DNA from: Octopus vulgaris
Lineage: Eukaryota
DNA: 64,000 nt
Reading direction: 5' to 3'
Assembly (NCBI GenBank): GCA_951406725.2
Contig: OX597832.1
Coordinates: forward strand, 38,440,001 to 38,504,000
Numbering within the stretch: the stretch's first letter is position 1; each line of letters begins with the position of its first letter. Both the position numbers and the translations under genes were made by a program. Under the pieces are notes generated by a model. That model did no database searches, was not told the DNA's origin, and saw only the letters and a list, made by a program, of their open reading frames with translations. Shown here one piece after another: positions 28,229 to 42,093 of the stretch.

Positions 28229-28442
28229 CTGCCATGATAGATCGTTAGCCACTACACACATTTTTTTCTCTCCTTGTTTCTCTCCTTGTTTCTCTCCTTG
28301 TTTTTTTCTGTGTCCCTTTCTGTAGAAGAGCGTAGGCTCGAAACGTAAAAGACTTTTTCTATTCCTGAGCGTTATACTAATACATCTGTTTGTTTTGTAC
28401 ACCACCTGTCTTCGTCTTTTGTTTTTTTCGTAAACTTTCCCT
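28229..28442 (+). mobile_element. ~210 bp non-coding element between (TA)n tracts carrying a variant hammerhead
   Basis: TA repeats on both sides. Further copies at 26412-26700 and 37724-37873. Confidence 0.8.
28316..28351 (+). ncRNA. Ultra-minimal hammerhead-like motif with variant core CUGUAGA
   Basis: CUUU-CUGUAGA-A-GAGC(GUAG)GCUC-GAAA-CG-UA-AAAG. An identical copy lies at 37814-37849 (-). Confidence 0.6.
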
Positions 28443-28479
28443 ATATATATATATATATATAGATATTTGGAGAATTGTG

Positions 28480-28770
28480 AGGTTGGATGATCGCGGTTTC
28501 GATTCCCAGACCGGACGTTGTTTGTGTTTATTGAGTGAAAACACCTAAAGCTCCACGAGGCTCAAGCAGGGATGGTGGCGACCCCTGTTGTACTCTTTCG
28601 CCCCAAATTTATCTCACTCTTTCTTCCTGTTTCTTGTTCTCGACGTCCTACGCAACCGCTGAGCCTGGATGCGCATTCATCCATCCGTCGATGTTCTCGG
28701 TGTCTTAGGAATAGCAAAGGACCACGTTTCGGACTTCTCTCACTACAGAAGACCGCTTTGCTCAACATCA
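28480..28770 (+). mobile_element. tRNA-derived SINE family C, 5'-truncated
   Basis: gatcgcggtttcgattcccagacc...aaaacacctaaagctccacgag is shared with 34838-35115. Confidence 0.8.
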
Positions 28771-30364
28771 ACATCATCATCAGCAGCAGCAGCATCAGCA
28801 TCAAAAAATCAAACGTGCATACGTGCTCGTTTCCTATCAGCCCTTGTTTTTCTTATTCCATTCGTCACATCTTGCTCTGTGCTCTCTAATCTTTTCCCAA
28901 CGAACTTACTGACTGCCTCGGGGTGACACTTCGGCAACATCTGCCACAGGTGACGGCGTGGCGCTGTTCGTTTAGTTCTGGGATTACACAATGAAGCCAG
29001 CAGTAACCAAAAGAATTAAAAACTAAACGAATGTCACTTTTCATATATAGATGGTGGAATCAGTAGAGCATCCAAAAAAATACATTGTAGTAATCCATTT
29101 CTTCTTCTAAGTTCCATTTTTTCCCTTCTAACGACTTCTGGTTAGCACGATGACGGACGCACCAATTGTATTGTTAATTATTAAATAACTGTAGCCTTGT
29201 TCCGTTATTTTATTTTATTTTTGCATGAACTGGGATCGCTGGTTTTCTCAGGTCAAAGCACAACAACAATCTGCCATTTTCACGTTCTAAATTCTAGTCA
29301 CATCAAACCCGCCCAGAAGGCAATGCCCCAGTATTTCAATGCCTCAAATTAGTAAAAGTATTGATATGAAATAGCTATCTACGTTCGAGCTGTTAACCGA
29401 AGAAGACAGTAAAGCAATACATAGGGACAAGTAATTCACCATGTTTTTGCAGCCAGCTGTGCGGACGGTTTATTCACGGATTCATTCAAAGACAAACCTA
29501 TTATACTCACCTACATTACTCATGCAATTATTTTTCCTGTGTAAATTTTGTCTGTAACTACTTGTAGGCATATTATATATATTTTTAGAATTTGCACTTG
29601 CAACAGAGAGATAAATTATATTTACGAATAATTTCGTTTGACAAGTCTTAGCTTTTTGCTTTTCTTCTTGTTACTGTCGCAGTAGAATGGAAGATGATAT
29701 TTCATATAAAAAGTAAATTGATTTGTTGTCCACTGTGGCTATTATTTGAATCGTTAAAGTATTCTGTCATATAAAATCAACAATTTATGGAGTGTAGACA
29801 ACTGCTGTAGCACGTAATTAGCAACTATAATCAAGTAAATGATGGTTCTAACACGCTTATAGAGAGATTATATGAGGTAGAATGGAAATAAAGCAATGTT
29901 TAGGCATGCTTTTTAGAGGTTGTTCAGTCATTTTTATAGCAATTCTTGTCATCTCGATAACATTTCTCTCATGTACATAAAGTTTGTAACATTCGGATAC
30001 TAGTTATAGAATATCGATGGTAATAAATGTCATCTAATGTAGTAAAATGTATGGTATATGTGTTTGATTAAATCGTTGTTTCTAACTAAACGTGTTGAGC
30101 GACTTGCCAGTCTATAAACTATCAACCGAAATAAATTACTATAGCAATAAGATAATCTGAATTCCGATTTCGTAATGGTCATCTCTCTCTCATCTATAAT
30201 AATAATAATAATAATATATTTCGAGCTAAAACAGAGGAATAGTTTTTTTTAATATATATTTATTGTCAATGTTATTGGTAAATTTATTGTCGTAACATAT
30301 TTTATGAATCTCTGGGGGAAGAGATTGTCTGGTTTTAATAGATTGAGATGCAAACTCAAAATAT

Positions 30365-30570
30365 TGGTGTCAAATTTTGGCACAAGGCCAGCAACTCCGG
30401 GGAAGGAAGCAAGTTGATTACATCGACCCCATTACTTACATATAATATCGCCACCAAAAAGACGAGCGGTAAAGTCGACTTCGGCCGAACTTGAAATCAG
30501 AACATAAATATGGACGAAATGCCGCTAAGCATTTCACCCAACATGCTAACGATTCTGCCATTTCATTGCC
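30365..30570 (-). mobile_element. SINE family A, degenerate
   Basis: aaagtcgacttcggccgaacttgaaatcagaac...gccgctaagcatttc...gctaacgattctgcca. Confidence 0.75.
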
Positions 30571-30921
30571 TTTACAATTTCACCATATTAAACGATGCAA
30601 GTAAAAATCTTCTTTCGGCATGCTGTTTGGCATTTATCGACACTAGCATTACCACTTTTTGAAACATAATGGTTTCATCTAACCAGAGAGAATTGCTGAT
30701 CGATAAGAAGGTATCGCCCCACTATATTTCTGATAGCTATGGACCGAGCGGGGATAAAAGATAAATCCATTATTGAACGAAATCTAATTCGGGACACAGT
30801 TATGTTTTCGAAATTAAACCTAAGGTCGAGACGGGGTCAACCACTCCGTATTTTTTATAGACATATCAAGTTTCTAAATCACTCCCTCATTTTCTCTTTT
30901 CTATCTAAAAACTATAATAAA

Positions 30922-31146
30922 TATTTCTTTATTGCCCACAAGGGGCTGAACATAGAGGGGACAAACAAGGACAGACAAAGGGATTAAGTCGATTACATCG
31001 ACCCCAGTGCGTAACTGGTACTTAATTTATCGACCCCGAAAGGATGAAAGGCAAAGTGGACCTCAGCGGAATTTGAACTCAGAACGTAACGGCAGATGAA
31101 ATATCGCCAATCATTTCGCCCGGCGTGCTAACGATTCTGCCAGCTC
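30922..31146 (-). mobile_element. SINE family A, near full length
   Basis: Reverse complement of 12317-12550. Confidence 0.92.
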
Positions 31147-31159
31147 TAGCAAAATACGT

Positions 31160-31590
31160 TAGCCAAAATAGGTTAGATCCTTATACGTAATTAGATGCGT
31201 TGGGCTAGGCACCTTACTGGGATGGAGGATGACAGGTTACCCAAGAAGTTGTTTTAAGGGAAGGTCTTCGTGGAAAATATCCGAGACATAAATCAAAGAA
31301 GCATTTTAGGGAAGAATGTTGAAGACTCGGAGCAGATTAGGAAAGATCGACCAGTTTGGAATGATTCCAAAGCATTTGAAGCACCAAAAGCGCTGAACGA
31401 CCCATCGTGAAACGATCACTCCGTAAACAAGACTTTATTCCAATCCCAGACACTTTTCTGCCTGAAAATGTTTGTAAAATCTGCAGTAGGTTGTTTGTCT
31501 AAAGACGGACTTGCATGTCATATGAAATTTCAAGAACGCATTTACTAATTTGAGAGACGGCCTTCTTCTGTAAAGAAGTACCAGGTATCA
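31160..31590 (+). mobile_element. 3' fragment of an RTE-clade LINE
   Basis: MRWARHLTGMEDDRLPKKLF (cf. RWAGHVxRMxDxRLPKxxF) and a C-terminal zinc-finger remnant VCKICSR...SKDGLACHMK. Confidence 0.8.
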
Positions 31591-31597
31591 TATTATG

Positions 31598-31632
<35 letters not shown>

Positions 31633-31658
31633 TGAGAGGGCGAGCGAGTTAGATAGAC

Positions 31659-31734
<76 letters not shown>

Positions 31735-31981
31735 GCACAAGTATATGTGTTTCTTCGTAAATTGAGAGACAAAATAAACGGCATGTATGGCAGTGGATCA
31801 AATATATTGCTAACACTACAGATTCTTATTTCAATCTAGATGTCTTGTTTATCGTAGAGATCTTGAAATCAGAAACGAACGAGACGGTATAATATCGCAT
31901 CGTATATTCCTTACTTTTTCTGTATATGTACATGTGAGAACGAGCATGTATGTGAGTATATACATAAGTATATATATATAA

Positions 31982-32012
<31 letters not shown>

Positions 32013-32109
32013 CCCTTTATATATGTGTGTGTGAGAGTGTCTGTATGAGTGCATGTATGCGTGTTTCTGTCTCTCTCTGTGTATATATGTATATGTATAT
32101 ATACATATG

Positions 32110-32169
<60 letters not shown>

Positions 32170-32532
32170 GTATACCTATGCAGACAGAGACAGCAGGAAC
32201 GAGTTATTAATACATATATATATATATATATATACATATATATATGACCGTGTGTCTGTGTGTCTGAATAGATGTGTGCTGCCTGCATATGTAAATATAT
32301 ACTCGTGTAACCCGACATCAGCTTCATTAGCGATGCACAAATCTCGTTATTCACATCTCATACTCGGATGTCTTCTTCTCTGTCTCTAATACGCTTACTC
32401 TTTCTTTTTCAATCACTCCCCACCCCACCACCATCTCTGCTATCATTCGTAATTCTCTCCCTCCATCACTTTCGGTAGGTTACTCTCCCTATTTCCCTAT
32501 TTCTCTCCCTTACTCTCCCCACCTGCGCTTCA

Positions 32533-32597
<65 letters not shown>

Positions 32598-32606
32598 GCC
32601 TGTCTA

Positions 32607-32653
<47 letters not shown>

Positions 32654-32684
32654 GTCTGTCTGTCTGTCTATCTGTATATCTATA

Positions 32685-32725
<41 letters not shown>

Positions 32726-32769
32726 ATCTATCTATCTATCAATCAATCTATCTATCTATCTATCAATCC

Positions 32770-32821
<52 letters not shown>

Positions 32822-32999
32822 TTTTTAATTCTTTAATGCATTTCGGTTATATATATATATATGTGTGTTTGTGTGTGTGTGTGTATGTGTGTATGTATGT
32901 GTGTATATACACACACACACATATATCGGCATAACTGTGTGATTAAGTAGTTTGTTTAAGTCTGTACCTTTGTATATCTATATATTCTTCTCTCTCCCT

Positions 33000-33063
<64 letters not shown>

Positions 33064-33086
33064 GTGTGTGTATGTGTGTGTATGTA

Positions 33087-33122
<36 letters not shown>

Positions 33123-33326
33123 CCCCGAGGGAGCTTCTGATAACCCCTCTCCTGCTTTGCCACACTATTACATCCTCACCTCATTTTCTGCAAGCCCCAA
33201 TGCCCGAAGGGGTGAATAGAAAACAATGCTTTTGGAATGACCCTCTCTGTCAGCTTAACTAAACATCCCCGATGCCTCACAAACACACAAAAAGCACCGA
33301 AAGAAAAAGGTCAAAAGCATATTCCT

Positions 33327-33412
<86 letters not shown>

Positions 33413-34340
33413 CATTATTCGACACATTCGCCATTCTTTTTGGCCCCTCCTCACACCGCAACCCAATGACTTCATATTGTAAAGAATGGACACAAGAGCT
33501 GACGATGTCATAGGAATGAGTGAATCAAAATAGAGAGAAACGGGGAGAGAGAGAGAGAGAGAGAGAGAGACATACAGGCAGACAGACAGAGATAGAGACA
33601 GGGAAAGGCAGGAGGGGGAAGAGGGATGCTGTGTAGGATGAAGGGGGTGTTCGGTAGAAATCCTGCATCCGAAATATTAAGATGTGACACCCCGCTGCTT
33701 TGAAGAAGTTGAGCCAGCGTCATCCGCCGTCGTCTGACACCCCTACAATCACACCCACCCTACCGTCATCAGCTCAACCATCGCTGCCTCCACCATCAAC
33801 ACTGCAACCATCGCTGCCACCGCTACGGCCATCAACACCACGAACATCGCTGCCGCCAACACCACCACGACCACCACAACTCCCACTGCCTTTATATATT
33901 TAACTAATTCTCAAATGGTAATTATTTCTATATCTTTACAACCTCTGCTGCTGCTGCTGCTGCTACTGCCTCCACCCCCCACCCCCCACCACCCGACCCA
34001 AATACACCCACCCCACCACCACCTCCTCTATCACCATTACCACTACGTCCTTTATCACCACCACCACCACCACCACCACTTCTACTGCTACTACTACTAC
34101 TACCGTTGCTGCTGCTACTGATTGTTATTGTTATTGCTCTTATTATATAATGAACGTCAAAAGATTAGCAGAAGCGACCCTTCAAATTGCGTATCCCAAC
34201 GTTCTAAGTTCAAACTAGCATAAAATTCAGTTTTTAAAGTTTTCCATCCCGGGGTCGATATAATAAGTACCAATCAAATGTTGGAGTCAGTATAAACGGC
34301 AGCAACATTTCTTGGCTAAACGTCTTGCAGGATACACACA

Positions 34341-34381
<41 letters not shown>

Positions 34382-34420
34382 ACACACACACACACGCACA
34401 CACACACATATATATATATA

Positions 34421-34835
34421 GTGCAGGAGTGGCTGTGTGGTAAGTAGCTTGCCTACCAACCACATGGTTCTGGGTTCAGTCCCACTGCATAGCACCTTGG
34501 GCAAGTGTCTTCTACTATAGCCTCGGGCCGACCAAAGCCTTGTGAGTGGATTTGGTAGACGGAAACTGAAAGAAGCCTGTCGTATATATGTATATATATG
34601 TATGTGCATGTGTGTATTTGTGTGTCTGTGATTGTCCCACTAGCATTGCTTGACCACCGATGCTGGTGTGTTTATGTCCCCGTTACTTAGCGGTTCGGCA
34701 AAAGAGACCGATAGAATAAGTACTGGGCTTACAAAAAGAATAAGTCCCGGAGTCGAGTTGCTCGATTAAAGGCGGTGCTCCAGCATGGCCGCAGTCAAAT
34801 GACTGAAACAAGTAAAAGAGTAAAGAGTAAAGAGA
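34421..34835 (+). mobile_element. tRNA-derived SINE family B, full length
   Basis: A box ggctgtgtggtaag, B box gggttcagtccc, ccttgggcaagtgtc body and (gagtaaa)n tail. Confidence 0.92.
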
Positions 34836-34837
34836 GT

Positions 34838-35115
34838 GCGTGGAGGCGCAATGGCCCAGTGGTTAGGGCAGCGGACTCGTGGTTGTAGGATCGCGGTTTC
34901 GATTCCCAGACTAGGCGTTGTGAGTGTTTATTGAGCGAAAACACCTAAAGCTCCACGAGTTTCCGGCAGGGGGTTGTGGCGATCCCTGCTGTACTCTTTC
35001 GCCACAAATTTCACTCACGCTTTCTTCAGTTGGCCTGCTTGTCATTTGAAGGCTAAAACAATGTGAAGCGCATTGTTACCAGCGATGTGTAACAACATCT
35101 GGTCGGTCACGGTGA
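34838..35115 (+). mobile_element. tRNA-derived SINE family C
   Basis: tggcccagtggttagggcagcggactcg...ggtttcgattccc (A/B boxes). Body shared with 28480-28640. Confidence 0.88.
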
Positions 35116-35400
35116 TATATAGTGCAGGGATGGCTATGTGACTAGAATCTTGCTTCGCAACCACATAGTCCCGACCCACTATCTGGCACCTTGGGCAAGT
35201 GTCTTCTACTATAGCCTGTGACAGATCAAAGCTTTGTGAATGGAACTGGTACACGGAAACTGAAAGAAGCCCATTGCACACACACATACACACACATATA
35301 TATATTGTTGTATTTCAGGATGGTCATTTTTTTTTTGCCAAATAAACACACGCATTATATATATTTTTCCTTCAGTCGCTTATTACTGTTCTTATTTTAT

Positions 35401-35446
35401 TATCCGGAAATCTTTCGTCACACATCTGTGACCTCTTCAGCGACAC
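35401..35446 (-). ncRNA. Minimal type-I hammerhead ribozyme in a ~190 bp microsatellite-flanked element (35306-35497)
   Basis: Minus strand: GUGUCG-CUGAAGA-G-GUCACA(GAUG)UGUGAC-GAAA-GAUU-UC-CGGAUA. 6-bp stem II, near-palindromic stem III, short stem I. Confidence 0.65.
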
Positions 35447-35556
35447 TTTTCGTTTTCGTATATGTTCCTGCTCCACTTTTTCCATTCTGTTCTAAATATA
35501 TGTGTGTATGTGTGTGTATATACATACATACATCCATCCATACATACATACATACA

Positions 35557-35589
<33 letters not shown>

Positions 35590-35598
35590 TCATGTCTG

Positions 35599-35672
<74 letters not shown>

Positions 35673-35679
35673 GATATAG

Positions 35680-35782
<103 letters not shown>

Positions 35783-35974
35783 AATACATATATATGTACA
35801 TATATATAGTGTAAACAGAGTTAGAGTTTATAGTAACCGACAAAGGGATAAAATATTGGTAGATACTATCCGTTAGCGGTATTAATCCCGGGCATTGGTG
35901 TGCAGGAACACCATACACATACAGTGCAGATATTAATAGGATAAACAAGAGTTTATAAGCAACCAATGCAAATA

Positions 35975-36187
35975 ATCAGGAAATGGAGAAAACCTCAGAT
36001 AAACAAACACATCGATTGGATCGCATTTATAGCTTATTTTTTGATGCAAGGCATTACGTAACAAAATAGGCGACGGCCGTGAGATATGTTACGTCACCTA
36101 CTTTGTTAGGTCATACTTTCTATTACAAATAAGGTATAATTGTGGTTCAATCGATGTGTTTGTTAGTCTGTGGCATTCTCTATTTTC

Positions 36188-36192
<5 letters not shown>
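35975..36192. repeat. Imperfect long inverted repeat (~105 bp arms) within a (TA)n-flanked element (35807-36192)
   Basis: aaacaaacacatcgattggatcgcatttata...taggcgacg pairs with cgtcacctac...tataattgtggttcaatcgatgtgtttgtt. Confidence 0.75.
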
Positions 36193-36230
<38 letters not shown>

Positions 36231-36419
36231 GAGGAAATGCAAGGATAAGCATGTTGGGTAAGTCGAACTTGCTTATAGTGTATTCTATACGTAGAAAATC
36301 TGTCTCATCCATACACACGCACACATACATGTATGTATGTATGTATGTATGTATGTATGTATGTATGTATGTATGTATGTATGTATGTATGTATGTATGT
36401 ATGTATGTATGTATGTATG

Positions 36420-36450
<31 letters not shown>

Positions 36451-36453
36451 ATG

Positions 36454-36567
<114 letters not shown>

Positions 36568-36725
36568 TAAAACTTAATTGGAAAATGATGCCTGTTGTTC
36601 GATCATATAATAAAATAAATAATACGTACATACCTACATATATATAAGTGTTGCTTAATATGTTTTCATTAAATTGCTGTTTCTTTTCAGATATCATCAG
36701 AAAAAGGTAACTAAAATTCATTAAA

Positions 36726-37703
36726 ATGACAGCTGTATCGGACATTCAAAGAGGTCAAATTGTCGGTGCTCGTATGGCAGGTGCTAGCGTAACGAAAACA
36801 GCCGAAATGTTTGCTGTTTCAAGAAATACTGTCTCGAAAGTTGAGACAACTTTTGAGAAAGAGGGAAAAACCTCCTCATCGAAACAAAACTCCAGAAGAA
36901 AACCAAAACTTTCAGATAGGGATCATCGGACTCTTGCACGAATTGTTAGAAAGGATAACAAAAGTAAAGCTCCCAAAATTACTGCAGAGCTTAATAACCA
37001 TAAAGATTGTTCGCCGGGAGCTGCACCGGATTTCACGTGAGGACTGCAATCAGAAAACCACCACTTTCAAAAACAAACGTTGTGAAGCATTTTGAGTGGA
37101 GTAAAAACCTACAGAATTGGTCCCTAGAGCAGTGGAAGAATGTTATTTTCTTTACCTTATTTCCCACCACCAGCCAAGTATACGAGTGGAGACAGCCAAA
37201 AGATGCATTTGACCCAGACTGCATTCTTCCAACTGTTAAACATGGAGGAGGATCTGTGATGACCTGGGGTTTATATTTTGGAAATCCGCCGCGCACTGGT
37301 TTCCCTTCATGGCAGAATTAATAGCCAAGACTTTTTAAGCATTTTATCTCATCAAATTAATCCTCTGGTTACGGAACTGTTTCCGGAGGGGGGACTGTGT
37401 TTTAGGATAATAATGCACCAATTATCACAGCAAAAAATTTCTTAGGAATGGCACGAGAACATTCTCGTGAAGTTGAACATCTTATCTGGCCACCACAGTC
37501 CCCAGATCTCAATATTATTGAACATTTATGGTGCATTTTAAAGGAATCGATATCCTCTATCATCATCACTACAAGAGCTGGAGACTGTTTTAGCTGATGA
37601 ATGGACAAAAGTTCCTTTGGAAATGTTTCAAACTTTGTACGAGTCCATACCTCGTAGAATTCAAGCTGTAATTACTACCAAAGGGGATCCTACACCATAT
37701 TAA
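36726..37703 (+). pseudogene. Tc1-family transposase, frameshifted, with the first catalytic Asp region deleted
   Basis: MTAVSDIQRGQIVGARMAGASVTKTAEMF (HTH), AIRKPPLS, WKNVIF (SDES missing), PTVKHGGGSVMTWG, DNNAPI, WPPQSPDLNIIEHLW, SIPRRIQAVITTKGDPTPY*. Confidence 0.93.
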
Positions 37704-37723
37704 AATAAATTTGTTTATATAAT

Positions 37724-37873
37724 GGGAGAGTTTACGAAAAATACAAAAGACGAAGACGGGTGGTGTACAAAACAAACACATGTATTAATATGACGCTCAG
37801 GAATAGAAAAAGTCTTTTACGTTTCGAGCCTACGCTCTTCTACAGAAAGGGACACAGAAAAAAACAAGGAGAC
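37724..37873 (-). mobile_element. Copy of the 28229-28442 element with variant hammerhead at 37814-37849
   Basis: Reverse complement of ~28295-28442. Confidence 0.85.
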
Positions 37874-37877
37874 AATC

Positions 37878-37927
<50 letters not shown>

Positions 37928-38458
37928 CTCAAATGCACAAGTGTTTTTTGTTTTGTGTGTGTGTGTAATTTGAAGTCTACGTGCTTATTTGTGATTGTGG
38001 GTTAATATTTATTTTTGTGTATAAGTGGAACTCCTTACGTCTATTTATGTCGATAACTATGTAACCGAATGTGTGTGTGTATGTTTTGGTGTATACGTGA
38101 ATGCCTGCACGCGTGTGTATATGTATGTGTGTGTGTGTGTGTGTGTGTAGATATGTTAAAGGTGGGAGAGATGTAAGTATATGTGTAAACTAGTGTATCT
38201 TTTGTCCGTTTGTGCGCGTTAAAAGATTATAGGTCTGTGTCTATATGTATTCATGTAAGCATGTCAGTAGGTGTGCATTTGTGTGCATATGTGTCTGTCA
38301 GCGTGAAGACTGTGTGATTTTGTGTGATTTTGGGTGTCTATGTCTGTATAAACTTAAATAGGCGTTTCTTTAAAACAACCAACCTCTTTCTTTTCGTTTT
38401 GTGTCTTCTTTTATTATTATTTTTATAATTATCATAATTATTATTATTGTTGCTGTTA

Positions 38459-38502
<44 letters not shown>

Positions 38503-38518
38503 TTAACATTCTTATTAC

Positions 38519-38570
<52 letters not shown>

Positions 38571-38659
38571 CATCATTATTATTATTATTATCATTATTAT
38601 TATTATCATTATTATCATTATTATCATTATTATTATTATTATTATTATCATTATTTTTA

Positions 38660-38704
<45 letters not shown>

Positions 38705-38734
38705 TTATTATTATTATTTATTATTATTATTATA

Positions 38735-38791
<57 letters not shown>

Positions 38792-39052
38792 GACATAATG
38801 TTGATTTAAAATAGAGACTAAATCCAAAAGCAACATCATCACCACCACCAACAACAACAACGACTACCACCACCAACACCACCACCACCACCACCACTAC
38901 TACAACAACAACAACAACAACAACAACAACAGCAACAAAAACAAGTGACGTAGCAACAACCCCATCTTTCACAAACAAAACCTAAAACTAAAATACACAA
39001 AACAAATTTATAAAAACTAACCAACCCAGTGCTCTGGCCTCTCCCCCTCTCG

Positions 39053-39089
<37 letters not shown>

Positions 39090-39507
39090 CCTCTTCGTGA
39101 TAATCACACTGCAGGACACCAACAGAACTTAATAACAAGTGTAGTCGCAGTTGCCGCCCCTTCGCGTTACTTCTCACAGCTGGCAACGGCGGTGCACACT
39201 TCTCAGTTCATTTGTTTTGTATTTTACTTACTTTATTGTTATTTTTGTTTCTTTTTGCAGCTTTTTTTAATAGTATTCCTGTTGTTTTTCATACACACAC
39301 ACACACACACATGATATTTTTCTATATTATCTGAATATATTTTAATTTTATTTTTTTCTATATAATTTGTTTTGAGTTTTTCCTATTGTAAATTATTGTG
39401 AAAAATTATAAGAAATTGTCTTAAATGCCCCCTTTTTTTGGTTTCTGAGCATTTTTTTCTTTACTGTGTATTCACTCAGAAGTCGTACGCCCAAACATGC
39501 ATGCATA

Positions 39508-39538
<31 letters not shown>

Positions 39539-39739
39539 CTATGTGTAAATATATGTAGACATGAAAGTGTGTGAACATATGACTATACATGTTTGTGTAT
39601 ACACACACACATATATATATATAAATAAATATATATATATATATATATATATACTATTATATACATACATGAATATATATATGTATATACATACAACTAC
39701 ATATGTATGTATGTATATATATATGTATGTATATATATG

Positions 39740-39770
<31 letters not shown>

Positions 39771-40163
39771 ATGTATATATATATATTTGTGTGTATATAT
39801 ATATATATAGTCTAATGAATGTTGTCAAGGTAACCAATTTACTCATCTATAATTGTTCTTGTTAATGTCACATCAATATCATGATGATGATGATGATCAT
39901 CATCATCATCATCATCCCCACCATCATCACTATCATGAACAATAACAACAACACCATTAAACATCCTCCTCTGTTGATATATGACGTAACAACTCAGCTG
40001 ACCGTTTCGAAACGACAGGGCAGTTAGGTTTTCCTTCCTCACAATCAGTTTTCTCTCCTCGCTCTCCCCACCTCTCTCTCCCTCTCTCTCCACCTGTCTC
40101 TCTTTATCTGTCTATCTTATTATTTACCTTTCTCTCAGTATATATCTCCCTCTCCCTCTCCCC

Positions 40164-40565
<402 letters not shown>

Positions 40566-40731
40566 TAACTGTTTGACTATCTGTGTGCATGTTTATCTTA
40601 TATATTTGTCTATTGGCGTGTATGGATATATATGCATATAAGCACACGCATGAATACATATGTAAATGTATATATATGCAAGATCTCCCCCCCCTCTCTC
40701 TCTCTGTCTCTCGCTCTCCCTAGACACACAC

Positions 40732-40780
<49 letters not shown>

Positions 40781-40863
40781 ACGAGAGAGAGATGTAGATA
40801 GGTACAGGTACACATATATGTATATGCATATATAAATATATACGCAATGTGTATATGTATATA

Positions 40864-40895
<32 letters not shown>

Positions 40896-41013
40896 TACAT
40901 ACATATATATATACATATACATATATATACATATATATATATACATATATATATATTTATATATATATGTAGAGGTATATGTATGTAAGTACATATGTAC
41001 ATACATACATACA

Positions 41014-41045
<32 letters not shown>

Positions 41046-42039
41046 CATACATACATACATATATATATACATATTCACGCACCAAGCGGACACATAGTCA
41101 AATGATTTCATCTAAATGATTATTCATCACGTTGTGAAGAGGGTTCTTCAACCAAATCGGGGAGCGGTGAAGTGTTTGGAGTGGGGGGGTGAAGAAATGG
41201 GGAGAAAAGACAAAAAAATATTATGTGGGAGGGGTGGCGGCGGTGGCGAGATGGAGGTATAGAAATAATAACAGTAGTTACAGAAGTATTGATACGCGCG
41301 CGCGCGTGTGTCTGTGTGTCTGTGTGTGTGTGTAGAGAGAGAGAGAGAGATTGTCGAGTGGTCGGCCGCGCGGATCGGCAACGATTCGATCGATGTTCAA
41401 GAGCGCAGTATACGGAAAGCGAAACACGAGGAGCGTCGAGAGAGAAAGAGATAAGGCGAAGGGGAGAGCGAGAGAGAGAGAGAATGAGAGAGAAATAGAG
41501 AGAGAGGGAAAGAGAGAGGGAGTGATTGAGCAATATTGAGGGAGATTGTGTGGGTAAAAGTGAGAGGTAGGAAGTACGAGAATTGGTAAGGAGCTGCTGG
41601 GGTAGGGGTGTGGGGGATATAAAGACGGTAATTAACACTACGGTTAACAAGCTAATATGTTAATGGGTGAAATGAAGTGTTTGCACTAGCGTCGGGTGGA
41701 GAAGGGGTGGAACAGCGGGAAGGAGGAAAGTAGAGCTACGGGGGGAGAAGAGAAGATGTTGATGACGATGGACATAGGGCGGCAGAAATTGTTTGTATTT
41801 TTGTTATTGTTTGTTATTGTTGGTTATTGCTGCTGCTGCTGCTGTTGTTGTTGTTGTTGTTGTTACAGATTTAATTCCTTTTCCCAGTAGATGTCGCCCT
41901 CATCTATTTTATTCAACCATTCAAACTTGTACATATTTTTGTGTTTGTGTGTATGCGTGTGTGTATATATATATTTGTGTGGGTGTGTATGTATATGTGT
42001 GTGTATAGCGAGAGAGAGAGAGAGAAGTATATGGATAGG

Positions 42040-42093
<54 letters not shown>

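Noticed and set aside
29505-29545. Possible minus-strand micro-exon (cag...AG/GTGAGT)
   Set aside because: Such splice-like words are expected by chance and there is no supporting frame.
34838-34915. tRNA-like sequence
   Set aside because: It continues into a repeated SINE body, so it is a SINE head rather than a tRNA gene.
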